Below, piece by piece: positions 10,201 to 19,031 of a DNA stretch of 35,234 bases; within the stretch, counting starts at the first letter, position 1, and each line of letters opens with the position of its first letter. The notes beneath the pieces were generated by a model. The model did no database searches. It saw nothing but the letters and a program-made list of their open reading frames with translations, and had not been told where the DNA came from. The DNA is from a virus. Taxonomy: Duplodnaviria; Caudoviricetes. A program made the position numbers and the translations under genes. The DNA lies in IMG/VR virus record IMGVR_UViG_3300011339_000259, positions 1 through 35,234 of that record. One strand, given 5' to 3'.

Positions 10201-13200
10201 CGGCACGTTTAGCACGTTTTGCTTTTGCTTCGTCGTATGCCGCTGCTTGCGCGTCGTCGTACTCACGCATGGCACGTTCTTCTTCCTGCGACTGCAACTC
10301 GGTAGTTACCCTTGGTGCTCTTTCATACACAGTGGCAAGGCGTTCTTCAGCATCTTCTAACTTGGCTTCATACGCAGCACGTTTTTCAGGCGTAGTTTTT
10401 TCATCAGCAATAAGTTCATTGAGACTGCCCATCTCACTGCGGATCTCGTTAATTTCAACCTTCATGCCAGTCGTGTCTTTTTCAACACGTAAGCCGGGCA
10501 AATCTAAACCCTCACGACCCCTTTGCAAAGATTCACGATACTGCTCAATACTTGTTGGGCGCTCACCTTCTGGTGTTTTCTCTTCTTCTGCGCGTTGCTG
10601 TTTTTCACGTTCAGCATCCGCTCTTAGTTTTTCAATCCGGGTTTCACCAAGGCGTTCTTGTTTAGCTTTGGTCAAATCTGCTTGAGCTTTGGCCAAGTCT
10701 GCGTTTGCTTTTTCGTTTTCTTTAATAATAGGAGCAACACGTTTTTTCTCTATTTCTTGGAAAGCTTCAATTGCGCCAACTAACTCGTGTGCTTGGGTTA
10801 GTTGTTTGATTAGCGCGTCTTGCTGTTTGCGCAAAGCTTTTTCTTGCTGAATCAGTGCGTTAGCTTCTAAAGCAAATCTAGCATCAATGGTTCCGCTTTC
10901 GCCTGCGGCCATCAAAGCGTTGCGCATGCTTTCCAAATCGGTCAACTGGGAACTGACAAACCGGTACTTTTGGCTGATTGCAGTTAGTGCTTCGTTTGCA
11001 GCCGTCAAATCTTCGTCCATGTCACGGACTATTTCTTTGGCCTTTGGTGTTGTCTTTTGTGCTTTGGCTAGCTTGGCTTTGTAGTTCTGTTCAGCTTTAA
11101 TCAGCTTGTTTTTTAGGTTGGGTATTTCTTTACCCACGGATTGCAAAGCCGCTAAGTTGTCCGCCTTTTGTTTAGCAATAGCTTCTCTTAAACCTTGAAT
11201 GTCTTTTGATGCCAACAGGCGTTGGAAGTTTGCAGGCGTTGCCCGAACAGTTTGAACGCTAGCTTCAGGGAACAGTTCTTTCTGTGGCTGGGCTTCGTAT
11301 TTCTTTTCGCCACGGGCAACGGCGGCTGTATCTTCTGCGGACAAGGGCTTAGCCGCACTGCGCCCCGATACTTCCCGACCCTTCATCATCTCATCAAGAT
11401 CGCGTACAGCCATTGGGTCAGGCAAGTTACCTTCCAGTACACGCTGTGCTTGCTCACGGGCAAGAGATGCAAACTCTGGATCGGTTGAAGTTTCTAAGTT
11501 AGCTTGCAGGCGCGTTAAGAACGCAACAGTAGCGGCATCTATTTTGGCTGAGCGAGCGCCTTCTTTGCTTTCTTCAAACAGTTTAGCAATGTCTTCCATG
11601 CTGCCAACCTTGGCAGCAGGTTTGCTTTCTACTGTGGGTGTTGCTCGGGTTCTACGTTCAACTTGACTTAGAACCGTATCAATAAATTTTGAAGCTGCGG
11701 CACGGTCATCTTCAGGAATACGTGGTGTCCCTCTGAGCGTCAACTCATCAGGCGCTGCAATACGTGGACCTGTTTCACGTGGAACGTCTATTTCTTCGCC
11801 TTTGTAGTTGGTGTACTTTTGGGGCTGTTTAGCAAAGGTTGCCAGTTTTTCTTGTGTTTCTTTACCGGCTTGCAAGTTAAATCGCTTAGCAGCATTTAGT
11901 AAATTCTGATGTGTTGCTTCACGGACTTGCTGCTGTAGCACACCGACGGCTTGAACAGGCGCGCCAAAAGTTCCCCAACGATCTGATAACTCGTTCAGTG
12001 CTTCAAGTGCTCGGGCACGCGCCTCTGCACGTTCCCAATCTGCCATAGGCGGAAGCCCAAAAGCTGCGCGGCGAGCTTCAATTTCATTGGCGTGTGTGGT
12101 AATGAAGCTTTCTTTGACATCACTGATACGTTTTTCAAAAACACCGGGCAAGCTAAGTGTTGCTCCCCTGCGGGTTCGACCGGGGTTTAAAGGGTTGCGG
12201 GTATTTAATAACTTGACCAACCCCAACAAGGTAGAACGCTGTTGGTCAGCATACTGGTCAGCTTTGACTTCATTGGCGCGAGATTCGGGCGTTACGTTAC
12301 CGCTAAGTTCTTTAGCCGCTTCTGCGGTTGTACCAAATCCACCAACTTCTTGGCGTTCTTTACCTGCATCAATCTGATCTTTGATGCGGGACATTTCGGC
12401 TTTGTTGCCAGTAATCCGTGCGGTAACAAGCTGGGCTTGTAAATCCTTGCGTGCAGTGCGCGTGCCCCCCAACCCTTCATACACCTGACCGGGAAGCACG
12501 CGACCGTTGTCGCGGGGGAGCGCATCAACCAGTTGTTTGAGCAACGGGTCGTTCTCGTCCATCAGGGCAGGCTCTTCCCCTTCAGGCAGTTCTTTCTGTC
12601 TTACTTGGCTAAGTTCAGCCTTGTATTCTTCAGGTGTCAGCTTGGCAATACGTGCTTTTTCTGCACGTTCTTTTGCGTCAATTCTTTCGCGCTCACCACG
12701 TTCCCATGCCTGCGCTTGGGCGGCAGGTGTTTCTCTAGCTGCGCCAAGAAGTTCTTGGTTTGCCTGTGCGCCTTGCTGACCCAACAAACTTGCGCCACGT
12801 TCTTGTCTTGCAGCTTGTGCATCTGCGGCGGCTTTTGCCGCAGCTTGGTCTTGTAGTTTGAGCGTGCTAAGTAACGCGCTTTTTATTTTGTGACTTTGTG
12901 TGGCAGTAAGGCTGGGGATTAACTGGCTAGACAAAGCAATCTGCCGCGCTAAAGCAGGGTTAACCATTAAGTAACCCACGTAAGTGCTTGTGTCTGGGGC
13001 CAGTTCCCTGTCCTTGACTAGCGCCAACTGTTGGGTAGTGTAGTTGTCAACCTCTCCAGAAACAAACGATGGTTGTGTTTGATAGCCAAGCGCAGCTAAC
13101 TCTTCTTGGTCAACTGGTTTGACTTTGGGCTGCTTACCTATACCCTGCATTTGCTCTGTTGCAAACTCTTCTGGAGACAGCGCGGCAATACGGTCTTTCT

Positions 13201-14254
13201 CAGCTTGTTCTTCAGCTTGCTTGATAGCCAAGGCTTGCTGTTGCGCCATAAACTCTTTTTGTTCTTTGGCAAGCTGTTTGTCCATTGCCGCTTGTTTCTT
13301 GGGCGCAATGGCTTCTTTGAGGATTTGCGACTCGGGCGTACCAGCCGCTGTCTCTGGTGCTTGATCTTCCCGCAGGGTAGGCTCGGGGATGGCCGCGGCT
13401 TCGGGGATAGCGGTGGGTTGTTGGCCTTGTTGTGCAGGAGCCCCGCGTGCTCTACGTCCCAGTGCCAAATCCATAAAGCCTTGAACCATAGCGCCAACAG
13501 CACCGCCGTATGCCGCAGATTCACCAACTTGAGCCAACAGTTCTTGGTCAGGTTTATAAACACCTTTGGCAATTAAGTTTTGTGCAATTTGTTGCGCTGC
13601 TTCTTGCGCTGCTTCTTCACCGCCAGCAACAAGAACGCGTTTAACCATAGCCACCGCACCAGCTTTAATTGGTTCCGCCATTCGTCCAAGTATTCTGGCA
13701 GGGGTAATTAAATCAAAAGCGCCGGGGATTGTGCCAAACGCTGTGGCTTGTGATATTTGTTCGGGGGTTGCGCCTGCTTGTTCTGCACCAATACGCGCTT
13801 CACCTGCACCTGCGCCTACACTCAAAGCACCAGCACCGGCTACACCTAAAGGCCCCGCTGCCATTAACGGCACAAGCGGTAAGAATGACCCCACCCCTTC
13901 GCCTAATTTACGCCCTATTGTGTCTTCATAACCGGGGGTTGCCTCAAAAGGTTTTCTAGCCGCGGCTGCATATTCTTTAATTGTTTGTCGAGTAGCAAGT
14001 TCTTGTTCTTGTGGCAAGAGCGCGGATATACCGGTACCCGCAGTTTCCAATAACCCAACACCGCCGGGAATCAGTCCCTTAAAAAACTCTTTGGCTTGCC
14101 CACCAACAGTTGGTTCTTTTTTAAGTGTTGGTGTGGGAGGAGTTTCCTCCAGTTGTGCCTCAATCAGCGCCTGTGCTTGCTCAGGCGTTGTTCCTTCAGG
14201 GACTTCAAATCTTGCGATCCGACCGTCCGGCAACTGGAAGCGTGCTATTGGCAT
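4178..14254 (-). CDS. Giant polyvalent ejection/internal virion protein (3358 aa): hydrophobic N-terminal hairpins, coiled coils, zincin-like metallopeptidase, PcfJ-like domain, C-terminal LPD38
   Basis: 10-kb uninterrupted ORF. HEGVH...SEFVAE (9503-9517); GWCTA...DFYVYY...AVRM...EVRG (about 8030-8165); C-terminal NFNKRG...IPFFN...FFIRIP...PVPFEIG pattern of LPD38. Last gene of the ejection module. Confidence 0.85.
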   Translation of the reverse strand: MPIARFQLPDGRIARFEVPEGTTPEQAQALIEAQLEETPPTPTLKKEPTVGGQAKEFFKGLIPGGVGLLETAGTGISALLPQEQELATRQTIKEYAAAARKPFEATPGYEDTIGRKLGEGVGSFLPLVPLMAAGPLGVAGAGALSVGAGAGEARIGAEQAGATPEQISQATAFGTIPGAFDLITPARILGRMAEPIKAGAVAMVKRVLVAGGEEAAQEAAQQIAQNLIAKGVYKPDQELLAQVGESAAYGGAVGAMVQGFMDLALGRRARGAPAQQGQQPTAIPEAAAIPEPTLREDQAPETAAGTPESQILKEAIAPKKQAAMDKQLAKEQKEFMAQQQALAIKQAEEQAEKDRIAALSPEEFATEQMQGIGKQPKVKPVDQEELAALGYQTQPSFVSGEVDNYTTQQLALVKDRELAPDTSTYVGYLMVNPALARQIALSSQLIPSLTATQSHKIKSALLSTLKLQDQAAAKAAADAQAARQERGASLLGQQGAQANQELLGAARETPAAQAQAWERGERERIDAKERAEKARIAKLTPEEYKAELSQVRQKELPEGEEPALMDENDPLLKQLVDALPRDNGRVLPGQVYEGLGGTRTARKDLQAQLVTARITGNKAEMSRIKDQIDAGKERQEVGGFGTTAEAAKELSGNVTPESRANEVKADQYADQQRSTLLGLVKLLNTRNPLNPGRTRRGATLSLPGVFEKRISDVKESFITTHANEIEARRAAFGLPPMADWERAEARARALEALNELSDRWGTFGAPVQAVGVLQQQVREATHQNLLNAAKRFNLQAGKETQEKLATFAKQPQKYTNYKGEEIDVPRETGPRIAAPDELTLRGTPRIPEDDRAAASKFIDTVLSQVERRTRATPTVESKPAAKVGSMEDIAKLFEESKEGARSAKIDAATVAFLTRLQANLETSTDPEFASLAREQAQRVLEGNLPDPMAVRDLDEMMKGREVSGRSAAKPLSAEDTAAVARGEKKYEAQPQKELFPEASVQTVRATPANFQRLLASKDIQGLREAIAKQKADNLAALQSVGKEIPNLKNKLIKAEQNYKAKLAKAQKTTPKAKEIVRDMDEDLTAANEALTAISQKYRFVSSQLTDLESMRNALMAAGESGTIDARFALEANALIQQEKALRKQQDALIKQLTQAHELVGAIEAFQEIEKKRVAPIIKENEKANADLAKAQADLTKAKQERLGETRIEKLRADAEREKQQRAEEEKTPEGERPTSIEQYRESLQRGREGLDLPGLRVEKDTTGMKVEINEIRSEMGSLNELIADEKTTPEKRAAYEAKLEDAEERLATVYERAPRVTTELQSQEEERAMREYDDAQAAAYDEAKAKRAKRAGEKTERLTPTRGTALLKAVTGSAISQPRKSNKTVEVGEAVTDKLIEAKTKLAEIQRRINYLKDNNKHKVSGRLTDAFKDLQGKEQLQKQKLSNIQKRQSKIVAVEKAATSGYTKEKQKEALNQSKAAEKESDRFARGVEVESPDLTDTQLAAIEENDITAAYADIANDKNASKINRVVAQRLATLLDATDIAIKDKLTDKDGKEVLGMATSKVIGLSRNGGLSQEVFLHEGVHAATERVIQLPESQLSRTQLIAKRELMALHNAIKNDPRITSASAKGSLSEFVAEVMSNRNLQEQMREKKWKLSDAWEGFKSIVLRMLGIEHPETMLGAALQSVDALMVPSSTQLEGVERPVSRRLSQKDIAALHDGSNSMKQFADQFGKDIKAKDRTPEDVERIASDYLQDMARSPDKYIAAPTEDSLDYKAQTKMSDGKFFDVNNPVHYVEAEPTVFVALKALDNERLRVREAEEIRDQRESDLKALIKLMRGNTSYTLAENALVAKAAAKYAVLSDKTGRLKIAEIADNNRHNVAVVSLDAADAVIRELRAGKSLKAAFLDGMQTSADRAAKENELKNGWQKFDQGRYEEKAGRERIAEAVVAVPARRGEPPLPRTRTLRLSSNQRSIIENENNRRQTAGEPLLEKQGNIDPTIDFLEAYYRKLEAAPNKNEDLAIKLSKGCAGTGWCTAGENTARGQLKNGDFYVYYKQGRPEVAVRMDGTDSIGEVRGNSPNQALNKEQQEIAEDFLRKQNFKNGLAYLDEFATKEKLIKVAKGEAELSDKDAYGSFFDLFDNQGKPDKYAFQKMLSFQTVDGHTRIRPEAPASVVDFFAKKYRVLADSAYENGHLIYSSLTLSDYGMRKGKFKVTFGDKEYEFTPDQIQFVSNLTLAASDKVVELPNLLAANYISVFEGELRLPKVKTVKDITAFNTKDKNKPRVVVNPNTFIEKVESKWGGSTQISIEGAKHIGNVVLYKNAQSALNIDLPDTLYFKVTKDFNFADAFQEKIRDQINKLGKDAGVSGNMQQLFDGVYDDAISEETAEQITDFGKLFISQFETAAKKTFGKKVFDQIVEEGDAETNEAIYISRDNGDPFEFVENFNASASKQFESVERNQQTLLKQLVDLNNTVLEFEGKDTLVLGQASINAPKRIADTPPIEEMVERTEERPVYARAQAVGFENELNVASQLIAKPKTIGQQINANLGLGFRTQFLDRLAPLHKVAKDMLEPLKGMQMMHYLLASDQRMSYVQQAVGNGVPQRVAYKRPDGRTEYIVESVSGANLANVVRTLAKAPDMNGEAANQLFTLYLLGKRADRVGYDKLNFSVDENAIKQAVRNIESNRALRDVFEEARTEYNKYNKDLMNFLKDTGVLPPSVADELAATNDYIPYYREQNGNAELVIGKEGVYRIGNLADQPQLRELIGGEDKILDFATSSVQNTSMIMDVGLRNLASKNAMFELVGLDLAQFLGKDTASPDIVRFKDKGEEKFVRVATDAVGIPADLLVKGMEGIPVNTSALVRAMGFASGVVRKGVMLSPLYPVRQILRDSVAAPLLSGADFAGPFGALRALGNSATKQKLEARGITGGQVYTGTNQDLARILKDLMGGRVGLSQFVAKAEAISMEADAATRRAQYDSYIRQGFSQMESTVMALESMNFNKRGLSPSMHIAASMIPFFNSQVQSLDVLWRAISGQMPMSKRLDIQGKLLRRGSLVMATAVAYALMMQDDEAYKNARPDEKYGNFFIRIPGLDEPIKFPVPFEIGYILKGIPEAMVNIMADKHGGEEAWKAFKTIAIQTIPGGSSMLVPALVKPLFENATNYSFFGQRELETKREQQLLPQQRFRDNTSELAKEIGAMVGYSPIKIDNLIRGYTGTMGLAAAQAFSFAMPEKLGPQEATKRLSDTPVIGSMFQPNDAGGIINATYDRMEHIMEVKRTYDDMIKKGETAEARAFLQENVNEIASASIAGNAKTQLFKITQAMNAVKASSMTPDEKRAALDKLQRLRIKIADTMRNVLDKTAPQ

Positions 14255-14256
14255 TT

Positions 14257-16584
14257 TTATGCTGGGTTTTCAAACCCGATGAATTTTGCTCCCCCCGCAG
14301 GGGTGTTGGAACTCATTATAGGGTTAAGTCCAAGCTGTTGGTATATTGATTTTCTTACCCGCGCTTCTTCTTTGGCGGTGGCATTAGGGTCATTTGTTGT
14401 TGCAATTAATCCCGGGCCAGAAGAAAGCCATTTTTCTATGTGTTGTTGCACAAGTGTTTCGGCTTGTAGTTGCGCATTTTTTTCTTTGGCACCGCGCTCG
14501 ATTGCGTCTGCATACGAACCGTAGTATTTGCTTTGCATTTTTTTAAATTCGCTTTCGGACTTGGCTTTTTCTTCGGCCTGTTGCATACCCAGCGCACCCA
14601 ATCCCGCTTCGCCTATGTTTGTCATAAGGTTAGGGGACTTACCTGCCATCAAGTGCAGACCCATTTGTAGCATCAGCCTGTTCCAATCAGTGCCGCCTGT
14701 CTTCTCGTCTTTAGGCAAATCTTTGACGTCCAAACCTTCTGGTTGGGCTACGGGAGCACCTTCAGTTTTTTTCTGTTGAGCAAGTTCAAACTGCCGGAAA
14801 GCTTGATTCAAGTCGGGCATACCGCCCTTGGGTGTTTCAGGTTCATCAGGAGTTATTGCTGCCAATCCTTGAGGTGAAACTGTTGCTGTCTCACCTGCTA
14901 TTTGTATGGCGCGTGCAGCCTTTTCTCCGGGGGACGCAACTTTTGCAGTTTCAGCAAGAAGGGGGTTCGGTTCCGCATAACGTGCTGCTTGTTTTGCCAA
15001 CTGATTTGCGGCCAGTTGATCGCGTGCTTGGTTAGCCAAACGCTCTGCTTCAAGCGCCTTTTGTGTTTCTTGTAATGAACGGCCTCCTGAACCAACAACA
15101 GAAGCAGCGGCTTCGCCTGCGGGAGTTACGGGTATTGCAGGCTGCTCCGCTGTTAATCTCAAAGGCATTTTTGCAGGTGTAGAAACTGCGGCAGCTTCTT
15201 TGGCTTTTTGCGCACCAAATAATGCGTTTAAGCCTGCCTCAGTTTGTGTTGCGGCTGTGCGGGTAGCAGCAACGGGATTAATAAATGTTCCCGCTATTTC
15301 TCCGGCAGTGCGCATATTGCGCATAGCAGGATCGGCAGATTCCGCTTCACGCCCAAGGTAATCTGTTGCAAGACGTTTTAGGTGTGCGCTACCCAAAGTA
15401 GGTTCAGGCTCGTTATAGCGACCTAAAGTAAGACCGCGTAATGCGGCATTGCCAATATCTGAAGTAGCGCCTGCAAACGCATAAGGCAAATCACCAACGC
15501 CCAGCATTGCTTGTCGAGCGCCTTCTTTGGAAAGAACTCTTGGTTTTTCGCCCACAGGCGCTTGTGTTGGGGAGAACCCTGTCATAGGGTCTGTAAAGTT
15601 ATCGTCGCCTGTTAGCGCAGTAATACCCGCATCTTTGGCAGGAGGTGCCTTTACAGACTGGCCGGGGATTTGAGATATGGCTGGGTTAGTGGAGGCTGCT
15701 TGCGCGGTGCCAACAAACGGAATCATGGAAGGCATACGTGAAGCCACTTGTTTTCCGTACTGAAGGGTTGTTTGTCCTTTATCTTCAGAAGACGCAACGG
15801 CCTCACCTCTTTGCGCTTTAGCAAATCCTCCCGGGCCACCATAATAGTAAGTACCCGCTAACACAGGGTCTCCACCTGATTTTTGCCAACCTGTTGAAGC
15901 GTAACGAATACCCGCCCTCATGTTTTCAAACGGGTCCGCACGGCTTTTTAACTCATCTCCTTTGGCTGAGACATCTGTCCAAGCAGCTTTAGTAACTTGC
16001 ATAGGCCCCATTGCGCCTGACTTATCGCGAGTGGGGGCATCTAATGCTTGGTCAGATTCTTGTGCATGAATAGCTTTTAAAAATGCACGTTGTTTTGGAT
16101 CTTTGATCCCTTCAGCATCAAGCGCTTTTTCAAACATTTCGGGGCCGCCTTCAAACTCATACCCCTTCATTTGTTTATATTTTTTCTTTGCCGTTGCAAA
16201 AACGCCGCCTGCATACCCCGGCACTTCAACGCTATCAGCATATCCGGGCACTTGACCGCCATCATCAAACGCAACAATACCGCCGCCTGCCAAACGCTCC
16301 ATATTTGGTGCGGGGAGCGTAGCAATACCTTGATCCTCGGGCATGGGCTGCGCCATCTCTTGCAGGCTTTGGTCAACTACCTTGGGCGCTTGGGCAGCTT
16401 GAGGATACTGCGCAGCACGCATTTGCTTGCGGGTATTTGATTCTTGAAACGCCATAGGGAAGATGTACGGATCGTTCTTGTGCATCTGGGCGTACTGAAG
16501 CAACTTTTGATCTGGCATCATGCGCAACTGCGCCATGAGTTTGCTAGGGTTTGGTGCTGTAGGGTTTGAGAGTGGGGCAACCAT
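14257..16584 (-). CDS. Ejection protein with lytic transglycosylase (SLT/lysozyme-like) domain, 775 aa
   Basis: AIHAQES, SGAMGPMQV, ENMRAGIRY and YYYGGPG match SLT motifs I-III; flanks are low-complexity and Ala/Pro/Gln-rich. Confidence 0.8.
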   Translation of the reverse strand: MVAPLSNPTAPNPSKLMAQLRMMPDQKLLQYAQMHKNDPYIFPMAFQESNTRKQMRAAQYPQAAQAPKVVDQSLQEMAQPMPEDQGIATLPAPNMERLAGGGIVAFDDGGQVPGYADSVEVPGYAGGVFATAKKKYKQMKGYEFEGGPEMFEKALDAEGIKDPKQRAFLKAIHAQESDQALDAPTRDKSGAMGPMQVTKAAWTDVSAKGDELKSRADPFENMRAGIRYASTGWQKSGGDPVLAGTYYYGGPGGFAKAQRGEAVASSEDKGQTTLQYGKQVASRMPSMIPFVGTAQAASTNPAISQIPGQSVKAPPAKDAGITALTGDDNFTDPMTGFSPTQAPVGEKPRVLSKEGARQAMLGVGDLPYAFAGATSDIGNAALRGLTLGRYNEPEPTLGSAHLKRLATDYLGREAESADPAMRNMRTAGEIAGTFINPVAATRTAATQTEAGLNALFGAQKAKEAAAVSTPAKMPLRLTAEQPAIPVTPAGEAAASVVGSGGRSLQETQKALEAERLANQARDQLAANQLAKQAARYAEPNPLLAETAKVASPGEKAARAIQIAGETATVSPQGLAAITPDEPETPKGGMPDLNQAFRQFELAQQKKTEGAPVAQPEGLDVKDLPKDEKTGGTDWNRLMLQMGLHLMAGKSPNLMTNIGEAGLGALGMQQAEEKAKSESEFKKMQSKYYGSYADAIERGAKEKNAQLQAETLVQQHIEKWLSSGPGLIATTNDPNATAKEEARVRKSIYQQLGLNPIMSSNTPAGGAKFIGFENPA

Positions 16585-16593
16585 GAGTGTTCC

Positions 16594-18210
16594 TTATACC
16601 ATTCTGGACAGTGCCAACTCAGCTAATCCGGCTGGGCGTTTCTTTTCTTTGATTCGACCGCCTTTGGCTTTGCCTGAGCCACCTAAACCTGCAATACCGG
16701 CGGCAGTCAATCCTAAACCACCAAGCTGAGACATTGCGTTTGGCTGGGCCTGATAGCCCTGCACAGTGGTGGACTGCATAGGCATACCACGCAACAAGTT
16801 GCTCATATTGCTCAACTGCATCATGGGGTATTGCTGAGCCGTGGCGTAGTTCTGAATCTGTTGGTTCAAGATTGCTTGCTGTTCTTGCTGTTGCTGCCCA
16901 CCCAGTTGGTTCTGCAAATTAATGTTACCCACTCTTTGGCCGTAAATGTTTTGACCAAGTTGACCAAGTTGACCTGCGGCTTGATTGGCCAGACCGTACC
17001 CAGCTTGCGCACCGGACACGCCTTGCAGACCCATTTGAGCGCCCTGCATACCTTGGGCAGTACCGGCCAGTTGACGATCTACACCAGATAAGCCAATACC
17101 TGCACCCTGCATACCACCTTGTAATCCTTGCAGTGCAGTGCCAATACCAGACAGACCCAACTGACCGCCTTGCAAGGCAGTACCCAATCCCTGTTGCGCA
17201 CCCTGAAGACCTTGAAGTCCAAGACCAGCACCGTATTGCAAATTCTGTTGTGCTTGGCCATAAGCATTTTGCAAACCCTGTGCTTGGTTAGCGTTCAGTG
17301 TGGATTGCAACGCACGGTTAGCTTCAGCATTCTCGATAGCCTGACGAGCACCACCATAAGCACCAGCACGGGCAAACTGTGCCCCACGCTGAGTACTAGC
17401 AATATCAGCATTACGTTGAGCTGCTTGATTTTGTACATCCACAACACCCTGCATGTATGGGCTCATGTACTGCTGGTAAGCAGCAGGGTTTGTAGCTTGA
17501 GCAGCATAGTTTTGCTGGGCGTTAGCAGCTTGGCGAGCGTAATTTTCAGCTTGACCAGATATATTGCGGCCATACTGCTCAGCGCGAAGACCCATCTGCC
17601 CTACATCAGCGGCTTGCGCACCGTACCCAGCACCCATGTTTCCATAATAGTTGCCGCCTTGCATACCAAGGTTTGCGCCTTGATTGCCATATTGAGAACC
17701 TTGTTTACCATAACCATAAGCTATATCAGCAGAACCAAGTCCACCTTGGCCAACAGCTTCAGCGTAGTCCGTTGCCCGATTAGTCTCGGAACTAACGCCC
17801 ATCGCCCCCGCAAGATTTCGCGCATTATTTTGTAAGTCAGACGGCCCGGCAAAGTACTTACTTGGGTCTTCGCTAAAAGGCTTGTAGGCTTTCAAGCCTT
17901 TTGGCACCATTTCGCCCGTCCCCGGTACTAATCTCCGTTCAGTTCCAATTTGTGCTCCGGGTGTACTACCGCGATACCCGGTTGCCGGGCCATAGATAGG
18001 AACGTCCTCATATTTAGCTTCTGATGGCCCGTATTCAAAAAGCTCCTGTTGTGCCGAGCCCAACATGGTCTCTACATAGGGGCGTGCGTATTCAGGGATG
18101 TTTGTGTTGTACGAAGTACTTGTTGAAGCGCCGCCGCCGCCACTGTCGCCTCCGCCGCCCATGTATCCACTCAAAGGCAAAAGCTTGCGTTTCATGTCTA
18201 ATATATTCAT
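16594..18210 (-). CDS. Gly/Gln-rich ejection (pilot-like) protein, 538 aa
   Basis: Short basic leader, then GGGGDSGGGG and STSTS...IPEYARPY; RAGAYGGARQAI motif; heptad G/L/Q repeats; directly downstream of GNAT-like genes, as with P22 gp7 and T7 gp14. Confidence 0.75.
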   Translation of the reverse strand: MNILDMKRKLLPLSGYMGGGGDSGGGGASTSTSYNTNIPEYARPYVETMLGSAQQELFEYGPSEAKYEDVPIYGPATGYRGSTPGAQIGTERRLVPGTGEMVPKGLKAYKPFSEDPSKYFAGPSDLQNNARNLAGAMGVSSETNRATDYAEAVGQGGLGSADIAYGYGKQGSQYGNQGANLGMQGGNYYGNMGAGYGAQAADVGQMGLRAEQYGRNISGQAENYARQAANAQQNYAAQATNPAAYQQYMSPYMQGVVDVQNQAAQRNADIASTQRGAQFARAGAYGGARQAIENAEANRALQSTLNANQAQGLQNAYGQAQQNLQYGAGLGLQGLQGAQQGLGTALQGGQLGLSGIGTALQGLQGGMQGAGIGLSGVDRQLAGTAQGMQGAQMGLQGVSGAQAGYGLANQAAGQLGQLGQNIYGQRVGNINLQNQLGGQQQQEQQAILNQQIQNYATAQQYPMMQLSNMSNLLRGMPMQSTTVQGYQAQPNAMSQLGGLGLTAAGIAGLGGSGKAKGGRIKEKKRPAGLAELALSRMV

Positions 18211-18614
18211 ATCTTCACCTCTACTATTGCATAGCGTTCTACGAAGCCAAATTTCTTTGCAAACCTTGCCATGACAGGGCGCACAGCGCCTTGAATTTTA
18301 GTGGCTCCAAAGCCTTTTAAAACAACCTTTAACTTTTCCATCATGTCGTCGTTGGTAATCAAGTTCCCCCCCATCGCGGTAACAAAGGCTACCCGATCAT
18401 TTGGGTAGTTTGAAAAAGTCACGGTAGCTGCACCATGAACTTGATTGTCCTCGTCAACTGCCACCAACAGCGTCCACAAGTTTTTTGCCAAATAAACTTT
18501 TATCTGGTCTACGTTGTAGTCGCCGCCCCCGAACTTTTCAGACGAAGCTATGTGCGACTCCACCAGCGGCCAAGCTTGCGCTACATACTCAACGGGGATA
18601 TGCTGAATAATCAC
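18207..18614 (-). CDS. GNAT-fold acyltransferase-like virion assembly protein, paralog B (135 aa, GTG start)
   Basis: WP...LLV...GAA...YP..RVA...MGG...GAT...KKFGF pattern; position equivalent to P22 gp14 / T7 gp13. Confidence 0.65.
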   Translation of the reverse strand: MIIQHIPVEYVAQAWPLVESHIASSEKFGGGDYNVDQIKVYLAKNLWTLLVAVDEDNQVHGAATVTFSNYPNDRVAFVTAMGGNLITNDDMMEKLKVVLKGFGATKIQGAVRPVMARFAKKFGFVERYAIVEVKI

Positions 18615-18621
18615 CCCGGCC

Positions 18622-19029
18622 TCACAACGGAATCCGCATCACTTGATGCGTTACTTTCAAACCAAGCTTCTCGTACATGTTTACCAAAGTGCCTTTAGCC
18701 CAAAGTTGCGCAGTTGTCGCACCTTGCAAACGCATCCACTTATACAACTCTTCAATAACATGTGGGCGCACAATGCCTTTGCCACCCATCAAGTTCCCAT
18801 GCGCCACACGCTCAAGAGGGTAATCTATGAGGTCAACCACCGCCGCACCGGTAATACCTTCGCCCGGCTCGTCCCACACCAACAAGAACGTACGCCCTGT
18901 GCGTATGGCGTATTCGACCATTTCTATCTTGTTCAGGTCAGGATCAAGGTCAATTGCTTTTTGTATCAAAGGCGCGGCAATAGGCCACACTTGTGGCAAC
19001 TCGTTTGGGCGAATTTGATACAGTGGCAT
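18622..19029 (-). CDS. GNAT-fold acyltransferase-like virion assembly protein, paralog A (135 aa)
   Basis: Same motif series as its neighbour; MYEKLGL matches the GNAT FYEKLGF motif. Confidence 0.7.
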   Translation of the reverse strand: MPLYQIRPNELPQVWPIAAPLIQKAIDLDPDLNKIEMVEYAIRTGRTFLLVWDEPGEGITGAAVVDLIDYPLERVAHGNLMGGKGIVRPHVIEELYKWMRLQGATTAQLWAKGTLVNMYEKLGLKVTHQVMRIPL

Positions 19030-19031
19030 GG

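Noticed and set aside
17128-17835. 235-aa plus-strand ORF
   Set aside because: Antisense shadow of the Gly/Gln/Ala-repetitive gene; no SD and biased Ser/Leu/Thr composition.
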